From Pelomyxa schiedti (taxonomy: Eukaryota; Protista; Evosea), in assembly GCA_020536535.1 (NCBI GenBank), contig JAHLWZ010000847.1:1-64000 (forward strand): a DNA stretch of 64,000 nt, in the 5' to 3' direction. Below the pieces are notes generated by a model, which was not told where the DNA came from, ran no database searches, and saw only the letters and a program-made list of their open reading frames with translations. Both the position numbers and the translations under genes were made by a program. This document shows, piece by piece, positions 1 through 12,193 of this stretch; positions within the stretch are counted from its first letter, which is position 1; each line of letters starts with the position of its first letter.

Positions 1-237
1 AACTTGAAGACCTACAAGGTATCACATCACAACAAACAACACACATGCGGTTGGTTGATTCTGACCCGCCAAACACAACAAACAACAGAGAACATGGCAG
101 ACCTAGAACACAGATTCGGAAGCTCTCACGGAGTAGAAGATTCATCCACCGTGATAGGCAATATTTTCCGCACCAAGATGGTTCTTCAGGCCGCAAGACA
201 ACACGAACAAGTACAAGACGACCTCTTTGGGCTGTGA
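1..237 (+). CDS. 3' end of an unidentified spliced gene, truncated by the window start
   Basis: A GT..AG intron at about 19-88 joins LEDLQ to ENMADLEHRFGSSHGVED...DDLFGL*. No recognised family. Confidence 0.45.
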   Translation, partial: NLKTYKVSHHNKQHTCGWLILTRQTQQTTENMADLEHRFGSSHGVEDSSTVIGNIFRTKMVLQAARQHEQVQDDLFGL

Positions 238-1729
238 TGTCAAAATTTTGTATGCCCGTCTTTTCAAAGGACGTGTAAAAATTACAAAAAACAAAGACGG
301 AAAATTTTGTGGTGTTCATTACTAGTGATACGTGATGTAGCAAAACGTGGACATCGAGGGGGATGCTGTTGGCACAGAAACCCACAATTCCAAAAAAGCA
401 TCGAAGTCCGTTGGTCACTCTTATTGGTTTTTGAAGGCACGCACCTGTTTGGTTTGTTGCACGAGACACACAGTCGCGATGTATAGTCAACAAGAACAAC
501 ATCAACAACAGTACGGCACTGCTGCTGCGTCAAGTGTATCGCCCAAGACCACGGCGCCACCGAGGCCAAAGAGGATGTGGTACAGTGCAAGGAGGGCGCT
601 GCAGGATCAAACAAGCAAAGCTACTCTCCAGCTGCGCTCCTTTCAAGTAGGTTATATCTCGTTTTATATCTTCATAGATACTTGTTGATTATGGAGCTTG
701 AAGGTGAATAATGAGTGCGGTGATTGCTTTTTTTTATATGATTGAGGTCTTTTTTTTTTTTTTTTGTGGTAGTGCTGAAACTCATGGGGTGTGGCCGATT
801 TAGGCTCAATTGGCACTGAGGAAGAGCCAGAAGAGAGTCAAGGGCACGTTGAACAACATGTGGATCAAGTGGAGGGAGCCAAATTTGAGTCCCAGTGAGA
901 GGTCAATGCGTGTGGATAACTTGAATAGGTCTCTTTCTGAGCAGGTTTGCCTGACCAGTAGCATTTCGTTCTCCCAGTTTAAACACTGTTTCTACAGATT
1001 GCACGTCTTGAGGCGGAAGTGAAAGGTAGGAAGAACAAGGACAAGATCAAGTACTCATCCGCACAATACCCCAGTAATAACATTCATATACCCTACTACC
1101 ACTTACCAAAAATAAAACCTACTGCAGGTGTTGCAGGCCTAGCTCCGCAAGTGTCATCAACTGCAGGCAATGCCACGATAACAGGCAACGCCGCGGTTCA
1201 AGGCAATTCCCCAGTTCCACAACCTCCAGTGATTGTGCCAAGAACCGGCGAGGCTCTCCAACAACAAGGAGTAGTAAATGCCTGAATGTGAATACCTCCC
1301 TCTTTGTAGCTCATGCCAAATCCCTTCCCTATAACTGAAAAAAAAATCCATTTCTATTTGTTGATACAGGACCTTCCCTATCACAGCATCATTTCCTAGT
1401 TGAGCACAAAGAGTTGCTACCCCACAACACCGATTTTTGCAAACTTCTTCAGGTACTCACCACAATAATACATTAGAAGAGGAAAAATCTCGTGAGTAGT
1501 TACTGTCTGAAGTAACTGCCGACAACGGCGGCAATTCACCATATGAGCTCCTCGTTCTAGCTTAGTTTGTGGTACTGCAGGTCCCAGTTCCCATACAAAA
1601 ATTTGGCGCCAAAATTTTTGGTTTTCAGAAAAAAGGAATAATTGTACAACAATAAAAAAAAAAAGAAAAAGGGTGGAGAAGCGGAGGTCACTGCAGAGCC
1701 ACATGTCATGGTGGCACGTGAGCGGTGAT

Positions 1730-2340
1730 CATGGAGCTGTGGTGCAGTGGGATAGTGTGGTTGCAGCCAGCTTGGGTGGATTTGAGAGCGGCGCATTTGG
1801 GAGGAGCATTTGGGAGCAAAGAGTGGGTGGTTGTGCAGTTTGGGAGCATTTGGGAGCAGAGCAGTTTGGGTGGTGGTGGTGGTGCATGCATCATTTTGGG
1901 GGATAGTGGGGTGGGATACATAATAACATCAGCCATTCTGATAGATAATACAGGCGGGGGAAAATATTATTAATGCCTCGTGCTCAGCACCACCCTCACT
2001 CAGTGAGGGTGAAGAGGTTCCCCTACAAGCCGCCTCCCTGATATGATATCTGTAATGTCAAGTAAGTAGCGTGGTTAATAATTATTAATTAATTGACTCT
2101 GATAGCAGGCATTTAGCGCTATCCTCTCTGTGCAATAGGAGGACTCTTCTGGGGAGTGCAGTGCATTTTGGGAGCGGTGGTGCATTTGGAGAGTGGGTTG
2201 CAGTTCAGGTGCATTTGGGAGCAGCAAGGCGCATTTGGGAGGAGCATTTGGGAGCAAAGAGTGGGTGGTTGTGGTGGCAGCAGCTTCAGCTTGGTGGCAT
2301 TTGGGAGCAAGGCTTGAAGGCTGGTGCGCTGTTTGGGCAT
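1730..2340. repeat. Degenerate GCATTTGGGAGCA-type repeat in two blocks
   Basis: Repeated (G)CATTTGGGAG(CA) units, with an exact 46-bp direct repeat at 1790-1835 and 2228-2273. Confidence 0.8.
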
Positions 2341-2349
2341 TGATAAAAG

Positions 2350-2424
2350 ATTTGGCTGAATAAAATAATCAACAGACCGGAACGCTGTCGTTTTCGTGTC
2401 ATTGCCCAGTCTAGGTGGTCTGGT
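2350..2424 (+). other. Dispersed conserved non-coding element, copy 1 (promoter motif or small hairpin RNA)
   Basis: 2350-2397 matches 21110-21157 at 46/48 nt. CAGACC..GGTCTG inverted ends, followed by a T-run. Confidence 0.6.
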
Positions 2425-2485
2425 TTTTTTTATGCTGCCAATTTGTGCCTGTTTACGAGACAGAAGGCCCTTTTTTTATTGAGTG

Positions 2486-4295
2486 ATGAGTGGCGACGGC
2501 AAGACCACCGTTGTTGACACTCCTGGTCGTGACTACAACGGGGAAGAGGAGTACGTGCGGGCGCGCCCACAATCGCAGATGCTGCGGGACCGCGCTGCGT
2601 CGCTGTTTGGCGACAGCGGGGCTACGCACAGCTCGCGGGCTGCGATGCGCCCGTTCGGGCCCTACATCGCGCACGCGTCGGGGTCTCACGTCGTGGACGT
2701 GGACGGCATCGAGTACGTGGACTACACAATGGGCCATGGGGCACTACTTATGGGACACTCGTATGTGTCTGATTTTTGATTCCTGTTATTGGTTTTTTTT
2801 AAATGGCATTTTGTTTGTCTATTGTCATTTTAATTTAATTCATTACTTAATGTGCGCAAAGGCACCCGTCGTTAGTGAGTGCTGTTCAGACACAGGTTCA
2901 GAAGGGTGTCCACTTTGGAAGTAATCGTATGCAGGACTTTTTTCTTTGGGTGCGAAAGTGCACTTATCATTCTTAATCTCCAGACCCTCTTGAGGTGGAA
3001 TGGGCCGAAGCTATCAAAGCATGTGTTCCACAGGCTGAAAGGGTGGAATTCTTTTCTTGTGGACAAGAAGTACGCTACTAATGCCGTACTTTTATTTACT
3101 AAAGTTTCACATAATTCCAGGCCAACTTGATGGCTCTACGTGTTGCCAGACTCCATACTCACAGAAATAAAGTCCTCCACTTCAAAGAGAACTTCCATGG
3201 ATGGGCTGATCAGCTATCATTGAATCCAAATTTCTGTGCTTCGTGCGGAGATACTACTTGTTTTGTGTCCTACAACCTTGAAGAAGTAGCCGCACAGCTT
3301 GAATCCAAACAGTACCAGTAACATTGAGTTGTGTCAGAGGAAAACCTTGATACAATAGATATTCACTGGTAATGGCTGAAGGGGGAGGTGGTCACATGGG
3401 AGGACAGTATCCAGTTGAACCTTCATTTTTACAAAATGTCCTAACGCTCGCCCATGACAATGGGACTCTATTCTTGTTGGATGAGGTTGTTACTGGTATC
3501 CAACTAAATACTGTTCATACCTCCTTCTAATTGTACTTTGCAGGATTTCGCGACTGCGTTGGCGGATTCTCAGAGATCGCACAAATAAAACCCGATCTTA
3601 CTACCTATGGTAAAATAGTTGGAGGAGGGTAAGCTCACTCTCCTAGCAATCTGCAATCTGATTCAGAAATTAGGCTTCCAGCTGGTGTTCTTTGCGGCAG
3701 TGCTGCCTTGATGAGCTTAATTTCCAAGTGTGGGCACACAGGGACATGGAATGCCAACCCCTTGGTTTGTACCTGTGCCTCCGCACCGTTACATTTAACC
3801 AACTTCTGCCACGCAGGCTGCAGCAGCCGGGATAGCCATGCTCAAGCACGTTATAACAGGTGAGCCACAGCGGCAAGCCAATAACATGGCTTCCGTACTT
3901 AGGGATGCTTGCAATGACATCATGCGGGCCAAAGGACTCTGTGGGTGGGCTTACGGCCGCAGCATTGTGCACATTGCCTTGTCCAACCGTGCATTCCAGA
4001 GGAAACCGGACCAAATACACCCCCCATGGGACGACCCCTCAGCCATAAAGGACGGCGGTTGCTTCCACTCCAAGCTATCGCTTATGTTGAGAACCAAAGG
4101 GGTATGTCACTCCCTTCTAATATACCACTTCTAACTTAGAAAAAAAAGATAACAACACTGGGAGGCCGCATGTTCATTGTATCCTCAGTTCACAGTGTGG
4201 CTGACATCAACCAAACAGCCAGAGCCTTTGGTGAATGTCTGGATGTGTTGCTCACAGAAGGTCTTTTGCATCCTGCGGATAGAAACGGGTGGTGA
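2486..4295 (+). CDS. Class III PLP aminotransferase, glutamate-1-semialdehyde aminomutase (HemL)-like, multi-exon
   Basis: Spliced motifs [62 protein letters not shown] (PLP lysine) and GTWNANP. Stop TGA at 4293-4295. Confidence 0.88.
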
Positions 4296-4394
4296 TTGAA
4301 GTCCTGGCTGCAACAAAAAGATGAAATTTTGCTATTTTTTTCCCCGAATTTTGTGTTTGTGCGGTTGGTGTGGCAGGAACAAGAGCTTGGGGCA

Positions 4395-5635
4395 TCAAAA
4401 ACTGAAGGAGTGAAGTGACAATTTGCGGTCTTTATCACCGTCGTCTGCAAAAGGCTGAGAGAACAGCAGACAACCAGTGGCTGCGTCGTACAGTGAGGAG
4501 CCGGCCAATGATTCGCACACGCCGATTATGCCGTTGCCTGATGAGCACCAGTGGCAGCGCTGGGGGAGTGGGATTTGGCAACAGGGGCGAGAGAGGTCAT
4601 CTGTGCAGTACACGGTGAGTTGAGTGCGGTTGCGGTTGAGAACGGCGAAGCGGGTCTCATCAACTTTATGGGGTGTTGAGCGCCATTCGTGGGGGATCGT
4701 TGTTTCTTGGTCAAGGCTTAACTCTGTGAAGGAGAATGTACCATTGCTTTTGTGAACAGGGGCGAGACTCTCAGCACCCCTCTTCAGAATTCCACTTTGT
4801 AGTTTAAGAATAGCCTTAATTGCCTTGACAGGTAAGCCGGCTCTGAGAGCACCCCCTCGAAATACTGAGTACGTTGCTCCTATGTCTATGTGCATGATAC
4901 ACCGCCTTCCCGGGCCCCCTTCCGTAAGCATTGAGAATTCATCACCTTTGGGGATTGCGGGGTCAATTTCTGTGAACTCGAGCCACTTAGGCTTCCCCAA
5001 GGTCATGTTGGTCTGGCCGGTCTTGTGTTCTCCACAGGGCCACATTGTGAATTCCCCGGAACTGCGGCAGTACAATAAGGCCCACTTGCCATTGCTTGCA
5101 AAGCCATCAAACGGCGCTGCCATGCAATCAGTGCATTCCCCCGTTGCTGTGTCCATTATTTGTACGCCGCCTCTCAATTCTCTTAGTACAGCAGTCTGCG
5201 GGCCGGCGAATCCAACCGTAGTCATTCCTGGTTTAAGTATGCACACTGGCTTGATTTGCAAGATCCCACAAGTGAACGAGCAAGACATTGAAACAGCACG
5301 GCCGCCGCCGCTAATGCCGTTTTCCAAGACCCACGTCACTTTCCTCTCCTGACTCATAATCCAGGGTTTCCCTATACGATCTTGTAGCAGGTGCGAATCG
5401 GCAAGGAGGCGCACGGCGCTGTTGGCACCACATCGATAGTGAAGACCCAACGCAAACGCAACAAACTGCTGACGAGCCTCAAGTGTCCAGTTCACGTACT
5501 GCATCTGAGATCTTGGTCTGCTCTGGTCTTCCACCTCCTTGTTCGTTTGCTCATTAGTGTTGGTTTGTTGGGCGTTGTATTCGTATTTAAGATCTTTACC
5601 TCGTGCCGGGTTATTCCTTTGACACCTGTCGACAT
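4395..5635 (-). CDS. Hypothetical protein, tandem paralogue A (N-terminal ARQQFVAFALGLHxRCG motif, beta-rich C-terminal part)
   Basis: ATG at 5635, one short intron after ...TRHE, then a 379-aa open exon clearly similar to 5879-7131. Confidence 0.8.
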
Positions 5636-5878
5636 GTGCGCTATCAGCTCTCTACCTTTGTGATATTTTTGTTTAAATATTTAAACGCCATTAGTCAAGC
5701 CACATCAACAACTTGATGTGCCACCGTCTCCAAGTTTCTCCACTGGGCGCACCCAGTGCATTTCGTTTGATTTTGATGATAGTTCTCGTTTTTTGTTTGT
5801 GTGGCGGGTTTTTGACTGAAACGTCCAATAGGGACAAAAGAAAGCACACAAAAGAAAAGGACCATGGATTCATTGTCA

Positions 5879-7131
5879 TTAGCAATTTGCCGAGCCGAAC
5901 GAGTAAAGTGACGTCCTGAGGTTTTCCTTCTGTTCCACACTACCAAATCCAAGTGTCATTAGGACGGCAGTGGACAAACTTGACTCGTATAGAAGGTATC
6001 CTGCTAATGGGTCACACATACTGATGAATCCATTGCCTGATGAGCACCAGTTGGAACCTCGAGAGAGTGGGATTCTGTAACAGGGGCGAGAGAGGTCATT
6101 TGTGCAGTACACTGACAGCAGTGTGCGGTCCCGGCTGGTAACTGCGAAGTGGGTCTCGTCAACTTTCTGTGGAGCAGAGTTCCATTCATGTGGGAGCAGT
6201 TTGTCTCCACCATGTAGTTCTGTGAAGGAGAATGCACCATTGCTTTTGTGAACAGGAATGAGGTATGCAGCACCCCTCTTCAGAATTCCCCTTTGTAGTT
6301 TGAGTTCGGTAGTTATCCCCTTGACTCGTAAAGGGGAACCTTTGGGAGTGTTACCACCGTTCATGAATTCCGCGTATGCTTTCCCCAAGTCCATGTACCA
6401 GAGACCCTGCACTCCTGGGTTTATTTCCCCAAACATAGAGACTTCATCACCCTCGGGTATAGCGGGGTTAATATCAGTGAACTCCAGCCACTTCATCTTG
6501 GGATAGGCCATGAGGCAAGACCCAGCCATCTGCTTTCCGCACGGCCACACCATCATTGTTGTGAATCCCCCAGAGCCGCAGTAGTGCAAGATAGCCCACT
6601 TCCCATTGCTTGCGAATGCATCAAAGGCCACCGGTGGGCAACCAACGCATTCACAAGTGACAGTGTCCCTTATGGTCAGCACACCATTCTGGGTTTTGAA
6701 TACAACGGTACGTGGCCCAGCAAATCCAATGACAGTCGTTCCAGGTTCCAAAACGCACACAACTGCAGTGCCCAGGTTCCCATAAGTGTGTGACCACGAC
6801 AAAGAAAGCGCCGCGCCGCCGCCGTGTACGCCGCTCTCCACAAACACAATCACCTTCCGGTCCTCACCCATAATCCAGCGTTTGCCGATGTCTTCCCGAA
6901 GCACGTGCGAGTCGTACGAGACGAGATGGCGCACGGCGCTGTTGGCACCACATCGAGAGTGAAGACCCAAAGCAAACGCAACAAATTGCTGACGAGCCTC
7001 AAGTGTCCACCTCGGGAATCTGCTATGTTCCTCCCCCTGTTTACTTGGTTTTAATAAAATAAAAAGGCAGGCAATGAACAAAGAACCTCGTGCATTGTAG
7101 CTTTCCCATCCCTTCCGGTGTCACTTTCCAT
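5879..7131 (-). CDS. Hypothetical protein, tandem paralogue B
   Basis: MESDTGRDGKATMHE, an intron at the same position as in paralogue A, then a long exon sharing WTLEARQQFVAFALGLH, FASNGKWA, KWLEFT, PVHKSNG and YCTxDLSRPC. Confidence 0.8.
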
Positions 7132-7954
7132 TCGAGCTGCTAAACTAGTCGTAGTGTCAGTGGTTTTTGGTTTCTTTTGTATTAGTAAGCAATCGAAGGC
7201 GCCTTTAAATTTGCTAGAGAAGATCTGAATACTTTCCCGGACGACCTGCATCTTTGGCGGGAATTAATTTAACTTAAAGGACAGCCGTATGAAGTTTATG
7301 GATCGAGAGCATCATTTGTGAGTATAATTATAGTATAATTATATGCCTAGACCTAGAATAAGATTTATACAGAAACTTCGGATGCAGAATGAGGTTGAAA
7401 TTCCATTCTGCCTGGCGGGAAAGTTAATACATTGGCGGTTTGGAATAGTTGCGCACCTTAACCATCTTTGGATACTGGGAATCACTTCCGCCATGAATAC
7501 AAAGTGAGCATGCCCACAACTACAGAGATTGACCTTCCGTGGGCAATCAAAGTGCCAGTAAACAAAGAAGGATACAAGGTTGCTAGGAGTCACACAAGAG
7601 GATTTGGTATGTCCGGCATGCAGCACCAAACTAATGAGGAATAAATACGTGTGCACAATGTAAGTGTGTTCTGACTCACTAAGTTTCTGCCCCCATCCAG
7701 TCACTGGTATAGTCTGCTGTATCAATGGCATGACACGCTCGAGGTGAGTGTTAGATTATCTATATAATCAATTCCCACCAAGCCACAGATGGTAGGAATA
7801 GACTATTTTGGTAAACTAACACGTAGTAGTAAGGGCATGTGCAGATGCAGCCACAACAGTATTTAATAGTAACTATTAGTTTAAGATAAGAACACATTTC
7901 ATAAACAACACCATTGATGAAGTTGACAGACTCTTCCATGCAGAGCATTCTGAC

Positions 7955-8130
7955 GCAACACCATACAGGTCACAGAGTAACGGGCAGATTGAGAGATTCA
8001 ATTGAACACTTGTGGATATGCTAAGGGTGCATGCAGACCAACACAAACACGAGTGGGATGTATACTTGCAGCCAGTACTGCAGGCATATCATTCCAGCAT
8101 CAACCAAAGAACTGGTTATACACCCATGAT
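7955..8130 (+). mobile_element. Degraded LTR-retrotransposon (Ty3/Gypsy-like) integrase core fragment
   Basis: TPYRSQSNGQIERFN*TLVDML...EWDVYLQPVLQAYHSSINQRTGYTP matches the end of the rve integrase core. It has an in-frame stop, and no RT or LTR was seen. Confidence 0.75.
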
Positions 8131-8660
8131 TAGCTCAGAGGTTAGGAGCCAGTATCAAGTTAGGACCCTTGAAGTGGAAGGAGAGTTATACCCAGAGGGC
8201 ACCTTTGATGCACATACCATGCAAGAGGAAACTAAAAAAAAGTCAAAACCACATGAAGAACGTCTACCAAGGAACCGAGTGCACCATGCAAGAAGTGTCA
8301 GACAAGAGCGAAAGACCTCAAAACGGAAAAAAGCACGCGACCGGCAATAAACCATTCAAAGGGGCCGACAACCGCGATTTCGTGTTTGGCGATTTCGTTG
8401 GAAACAAGTTTGTGACAGAAGAGACCCATTCCATAAAAGTTAATGAAGCTCCAAGAGGGAGAACCCCTCGGGGAGACTCTCTGCATGCATAATAGCACTG
8501 CTCAACTCTTTTCCTAATGTGCGCCATACTCTGCAGCCTCCAGGGAGTGGATTCTGTAACAGGAGAGCATGTGTGCATATGGTGGGTGCACCTCAGTGGT
8601 AGTAGTAACATCTTAAATGAAAACCAGAAATAGAAACTAATTAACACATGTTATTTTTAC

Positions 8661-10857
8661 TCACAGTCTATTGGTGTAATCCGGTTGCTCCGCTGCTTTG
8701 TACTCCTCCACAAGTTGACACACAACTTCTCTATTGTGAAGGTTAGTGGGTTAAAAGTGGGAGAGGAAAGGTCACCTTGAGTTTTCAAAGTCCTCTAAAC
8801 TGTTTTCAAAGAGGGGTTCTTTCTTGAATGTTCCCAAGAAGGCTTCCCTTTGCCATAACCTATCGAACTGTCTCAAGCAACGCGTGAAGAGCCAAGATAT
8901 AGAGGTGTGATTGGCCATCATAAGTCCGCTGACTCTGTGGGGTGACTTCACGTAAGGCGATTTCCTTGAAAGGGCAACCTGGGAAAAAATGTGTTATGTA
9001 CTGGTTTTGGATTATTTAAGGTACAAACCTGTATGCTTGCTGGACCCCAAGGGATGAAGTTAGCAAGTTTTCTCTCCCGTATTCTTTGCAAGCTGTAGTG
9101 CACCTTTTAGTCCTAAATTTAGGTACATAAAATGTATTTGGATGGTTTACTTGGGTGGGATCGACATCACCTTGGATGATGTTCAAAAGTGAAATGTAAC
9201 ATCCATTTTTGTGTGTTGGACAAGACACGGTGAAGTTTTTTGGTTGAAGTAGCCTTCTCATGACAGATAGAACAGTGGTTTTCCTCACTGCAGAAGCCTT
9301 ATTTATGGTTGGCGTTACTTGAGGGTGGGAAGAAGCAAACTTTGGCTTCAAGTGACCATGGGGTGTAACTTGTCATTAAAAAGTGGCACCTTAAACCGTT
9401 GGGGGAAATAAGGATGGTGAGTGCTGTTAATACCGTGGAGTAGGTATCAGTGAGGCAAATAGCCCAACCATATCGTTGTTCATATATCCTGGGTATCTGA
9501 GAGTTGTTGTTGAAGCCGCCATTACAGTGGAAACCTGCCATGAAATTTAGACCAACAAAAAGCGGGGTGAGGGCTTACAAGAGCGTTGATGTTTTCAAAT
9601 GATCCACGGCTGGAGCAAAAAGTTTGCTCTGTAGCAAGTCTTGACAATGCAATGTTGTCTAGAACAACCTACATTCTAATTAGATGGTAAACGATGAACT
9701 TTGTCATGTGCATACCACACAATCTGCATTTAGGCAAAGTCTCTTCAGAGTAAGAATGGCATTGTATGGCTGTACAACAATATCACTCACACCAACAACT
9801 TGTTGAGATGATTCATCCTCCTAATAGGTGCAAGTGTTCAAAAGAATGAGCACAAGGGTCTGAAGGATTGTGGTGGTGTTTTGTGTCACAAGCAACTCAT
9901 TTTCAAGATCGTTTGGTTTTTTTTGTTTTTTTTGTTGGATGTTAAATGTAGGAAATATTGAGACCTGGTTTGGAAAAACGGAGTAAGTTTGTATCACTTT
10001 CTTTGGGTATTGATCGTTCAACTCTTCAAGTAAGTATGAACCAATGCCAGATCCTGTACCACCACTTATACTGTGGCACAGTACAAATCCCTATTTAATA
10101 AATAGTTAAACACAAGGAGGTAAGAAAGTCCAACGCACTTCTAAACTTTCACTGTTGTCAGCCTCTCGGTCAATCACATCAAACCTAGAAATCCATAATA
10201 AGTCTGAAACAGTAGTTTCTAGGAGAGAAAAGCCAAAAAAAAAAAAAAAAAGACAGAAAAAGTGTTAAAGGTGAGAGGGGGTTTTGGAGTGTACAATTCA
10301 TCATGGAACTTTTTGCCCTGGCTGTAGCCCCTTGCCCAGTTGTTGCCAGCGCCGCTCACGTCCGGTACTTTAATGTTCTCGTGGTTGTACAGCCTCCCAA
10401 AGGGGCCGTTCCTTATCGAGTTGATCACGCCCGGCTCCAAGTCGATCAAAATGGCCCGCGGGATGTAGTGCTCGTCGTCCGACTGGTAGAAAAACACGTC
10501 CTTCCTGTCCGCGCCCCCTCCCATCATTCCCATTCCCATTCCCATTCCCATTCCCATCCCCATCCCACCACTTCCTCCGCCGCCGCCGCCGCCGCTGCTG
10601 CTGCTCGCGCTCGTGGTGGTTGTGGTGCTGCTACTGGTACAACAGGAGCCCGGGGGGGCACGGGGGTCGGGCTGTGGATCGGCGGATGAGGACGAGGGCG
10701 AGGACGAGGCGGGGGCGGTAGAGGAGGAGGAGTCGGGCAGGGTGAGGAGCTCCCCGGTGGGGCTGATGCCGTGCTCGAGGCACAGCTGCTTCCAGAACTC
10801 GAGGCCGATCTGGTTCCCGCACTGCCCCGCTTGTATGGTTATCACCTCCCGCGGCAT
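8661..10857 (-). CDS. TUBG1: Gamma-tubulin, multi-exon, with a low-complexity insertion
   Basis: [33 protein letters not shown]; [29 protein letters not shown]; [10 protein letters not shown]; [18 protein letters not shown]; [11 protein letters not shown]; ends [15 protein letters not shown]. Confidence 0.96.
10520..10567 (-). repeat. (ATGGGA)n coding microsatellite giving poly-MG inside gamma-tubulin
   Basis: (cccatt)n is visible directly on the + strand. Confidence 0.85.
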
Positions 10858-11804
10858 TTCGCCTTTAGATTTATTTTTCCATCGTCGCCCACAAGACAGT
10901 ACAATTTGTTTCTACTGTGGGAGGGCAACCTTGCCATGTGGTGCTCGCAGAGGGGTGGGTCCTGTGATCATACGGCGCCAGTGCCAAGCCCACTTCCATG
11001 GTAAGAAAAAAAAGAACAAGCTTTAGAATTTGAATCGAAGCGTTGATTCAAGTTCAGCAGAGGGTGACACCGCACAGGCTCTTCTCGTCACCATCACATG
11101 AAAATGTTCGAATTGTATCTTGAAAAAAAAATTTTATTATGACAACCACTGGGGCACTGTGAGCAGGAGAGTGCATTCATTGATAGCGTGTGTTGATGAT
11201 GTTGTTGTTGTTCCTTGAGGTGTGAGTGACTCCATTGGACTTCATTGCCTGGCTCTGTTCTCTGTTTGTCAAAAGCATGTTCCTTGAGGTGTGGTAAGCG
11301 GTGCAAACAGTGAAACCCACCAGAGGGAGGATTACCTTCGCACATGAAGTCTATTCTTCTTCAATCATCTTCTTTGCTACCTACTTACATTCCGCAAAAT
11401 TGTCTCACTAAAAAATGTTAATGGGTGGTTTTTCTTGCGGAAGTGAAAGACCTTTTTTAGCCTTTGTATATTCCAAGGTTCCACCGGCACACGTGGAGAC
11501 CCCCCTTCATGACAATGACAATGACATCACAGCCGCTATGGGATATGGTTACTTAACCCAAAATAGATAGAAAATTTCAACCTCTTATTAGTCTACTACA
11601 TGCACCGCACCCACAGAGAACTCAATTATGTGAAGAATGGGGATAAAACATGTAATAAACGCGTAGATATCGGATGAAAATCAGCTACTTGGTAATAAAA
11701 GGGTGTGCTATTATTTTGTTTAGTAGTGAGATTGAGGGGATTTGATACTGCTTTGTTTCGAGTGATGATGGCTCGACTCCACTCCACAGTGACTGTGAGA
11801 GAAA

Positions 11805-12003
11805 CCCAAGAGAGACCCCTTTGAGTTCTAGCACTGGGGATATCTGATGGATGGGTGCATCCGCAGGCGAAAAGGGGGAGAGCCCAACACATCCGTGCCG
11901 CCGCTGCAGATCGAGCACACGACACGAAAGGTGGATGTGATGAGCCCAAGGGGGAGCCCGCAGCATGCACCGCCATCAGCCCACGCTATGGGGGTCCTCA
12001 AGG
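11805..12003 (-). ncRNA. Candidate structured ncRNA, rod-like, about 200 nt, copy 1 (may extend upstream to 12154 via an intron)
   Basis: Nested helices over the whole length, with G-U pairs that work only on the minus strand. Confidence 0.6.
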
Positions 12004-12193
12004 ACGAGAAGGGGGAAATGAAATCTATTTCGATGATGAGAACAAACTTGGGAATGAAATGCCCCAATAGTATTCGAGCTCCGCGAGAGGTCAGGAATTT
12101 GTATCTCACGGAACAGTTAGTAAACACTGTATGAAGGGATTGGATATACTGCCGAAGCGCAATCGATTCCACAGTGTGAGTGTGAGAGAGAAA

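Noticed and set aside
347-1285. Possible small spliced gene starting MYSQQEQHQQQ
   Set aside because: I could not build a consistent stop-free exon chain or recognise a domain, so it is left uncalled.
1730-2340. CRISPR-like or telomeric array
   Set aside because: Units are degenerate and irregularly spaced, with no unique spacers and no cas genes, in a eukaryotic context.
11840-11950. Hammerhead or C/D-box-like words (CTGATGG, TGATGA, GAAA) on the + strand, and a weak U3 box A-like stretch near 12055-12075 on the - strand
   Set aside because: The hammerhead core CUGANGA is not intact or correctly placed, the G-U pairs favour the minus strand, and U3 boxes C and D are missing there.
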